Positions 49,186 through 49,844 of a stretch of DNA of 49,844 nt are shown piece by piece. Both the position numbers and the translations under genes were made by a program. The notes below the pieces were generated by a model. That model did not search any database. It was not told where the DNA came from and saw nothing but the letters and a program-made list of their open reading frames with translations. The stretch spans positions 1 to 49,844 of the forward strand of contig JBPOIF010000009.1 in the NCBI GenBank assembly GCA_052034745.1, written 5' to 3'. The DNA is from Candidatus Nomurabacteria bacterium. Its GTDB lineage: Bacteria > Patescibacteriota > Minisyncoccia > Phycocordibacterales > UBA9973. Numbering within the stretch: position 1 is the stretch's first letter; every line of letters starts with the position of its first letter.

Positions 49186-49716
49186 ATGAAAAAACCAACG
49201 CTTCTAGTAACATTTGGTTTTCCTGGCTCTGGTAAGTCATATTTTTCTGAAAAACTTTCAAAAGAAAAAGAATTCTTTCATATCAATTCTGATATTATTC
49301 GATTTACACTTTTTAAAAACCCTTCGTTTACAAAAGAAGAACATGAAGGAGTTTTTGCACTTATGGATCTTATAACTGAAAATTTACTCAAATCCGGAAT
49401 AAGTGTTATCTATGATTGCAATACAAATCTTCGTTCACACCGAACAAGAATAAGAAACTTAGCGAAGAAATCTAAGGCTAATCATTGCTTAATCTGGATA
49501 AAAACAGATATAAAACTTGCAGAAAAAAGACTAGAAAAGAGGTTAAAAATAAAAGATGGAAAAAAGAAACTTATGTACAGACCTGTGACCCTTGAAACTC
49601 TCCACAATTTAAAAAATGAAATGCAAATGCCAAAGGGTACCGAAAAATTTATAATAATAGAAGGACACCTACCATTTTCAAAACAAATTAAAACACTAGA
49701 TAAAATATTTAAATGA
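49186..49716 (+). CDS. P-loop kinase-like ATPase (AAA_33/zeta-toxin-like fold)
   Basis: Walker A GFPGSGKSYFS near the N-terminus. 176 aa. Confidence 0.65.
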   Translation: MKKPTLLVTFGFPGSGKSYFSEKLSKEKEFFHINSDIIRFTLFKNPSFTKEEHEGVFALMDLITENLLKSGISVIYDCNTNLRSHRTRIRNLAKKSKANHCLIWIKTDIKLAEKRLEKRLKIKDGKKKLMYRPVTLETLHNLKNEMQMPKGTEKFIIIEGHLPFSKQIKTLDKIFK

Positions 49717-49844
49717 GTATGCAATCACGAGCAGTATCAAAAGAAGCCGTCTATGCAGTGCTCCGGCATTATGTCGGGCAGTATCGCAAGTATCCTATCG
49801 CAACCGCAATTGCGTTTGTTTTGCCTGCTATCGGTACCATTCTC
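49713..49844 (+). CDS. membrane protein N-terminus, possibly an ABC exporter (3' end outside window)
   Basis: ATGA overlap with the upstream gene. MSMQSRAVSKEAVYAVLRHYVGQYRKYPIATAIAFVLPAIGTIL resembles MsbA-type N-termini. Confidence 0.4.
   Translation, partial: MSMQSRAVSKEAVYAVLRHYVGQYRKYPIATAIAFVLPAIGTIL

Noticed and set aside
1-49844. Alternative genetic code (UGA recoding, as in some candidate phyla)
   Set aside because: Conserved proteins are full length under the standard code, and several well-supported genes end in TGA (for example 2389..2937 and 49186..49716).

Overview
The window looks like a gene-dense, reduced bacterial chromosome. Short AlaRS, short L13 and small housekeeping proteins are consistent with Patescibacteria/CPR, but this was not verified by any search. 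All domain calls rest on motifs I recognise in the supplied translations.

The core backbone comprises:
- trxB, ftsZ, ftsA, ybeY, rpsU, priA and mreB
- a holB-like gene, frr, rseP, mltG, mnmA, an M3 peptidase and alaS
- infA-rpmJ-rpsM-rpsK-rpsD-rpoA-rplQ-rplM-rpsI
- grpE, dnaK, dnaJ and lysS
- three tRNAs: Glu-UUC, Val-GAC and Ser-CGA

Three accessory patches interrupt this backbone:
1. 130-4400: monocistronic orphan genes, each with a near-identical promoter/leader cassette and its own terminator.
2. 5580-9690: between tRNA-Val and tRNA-Ser, a 947-aa PD-(D/E)xK nuclease / DnaG-type primase fusion plus a GIY-YIG protein.
3. 17460-21450: a visibly AT-richer island of small orphan genes, punctuated by five co-oriented copies of a ~60-bp repeat with conserved ends and a variable centre.

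Other signals:
- a promoter-to-terminator small-RNA candidate on the minus strand
- a structured transcription unit between dnaK and dnaJ
- nested palindromes in the dnaK leader, next to a divergent PaaX-like regulator
- heptad (TAGCNNN)n arrays at two gene ends
- partial duplications of all three tRNA genes
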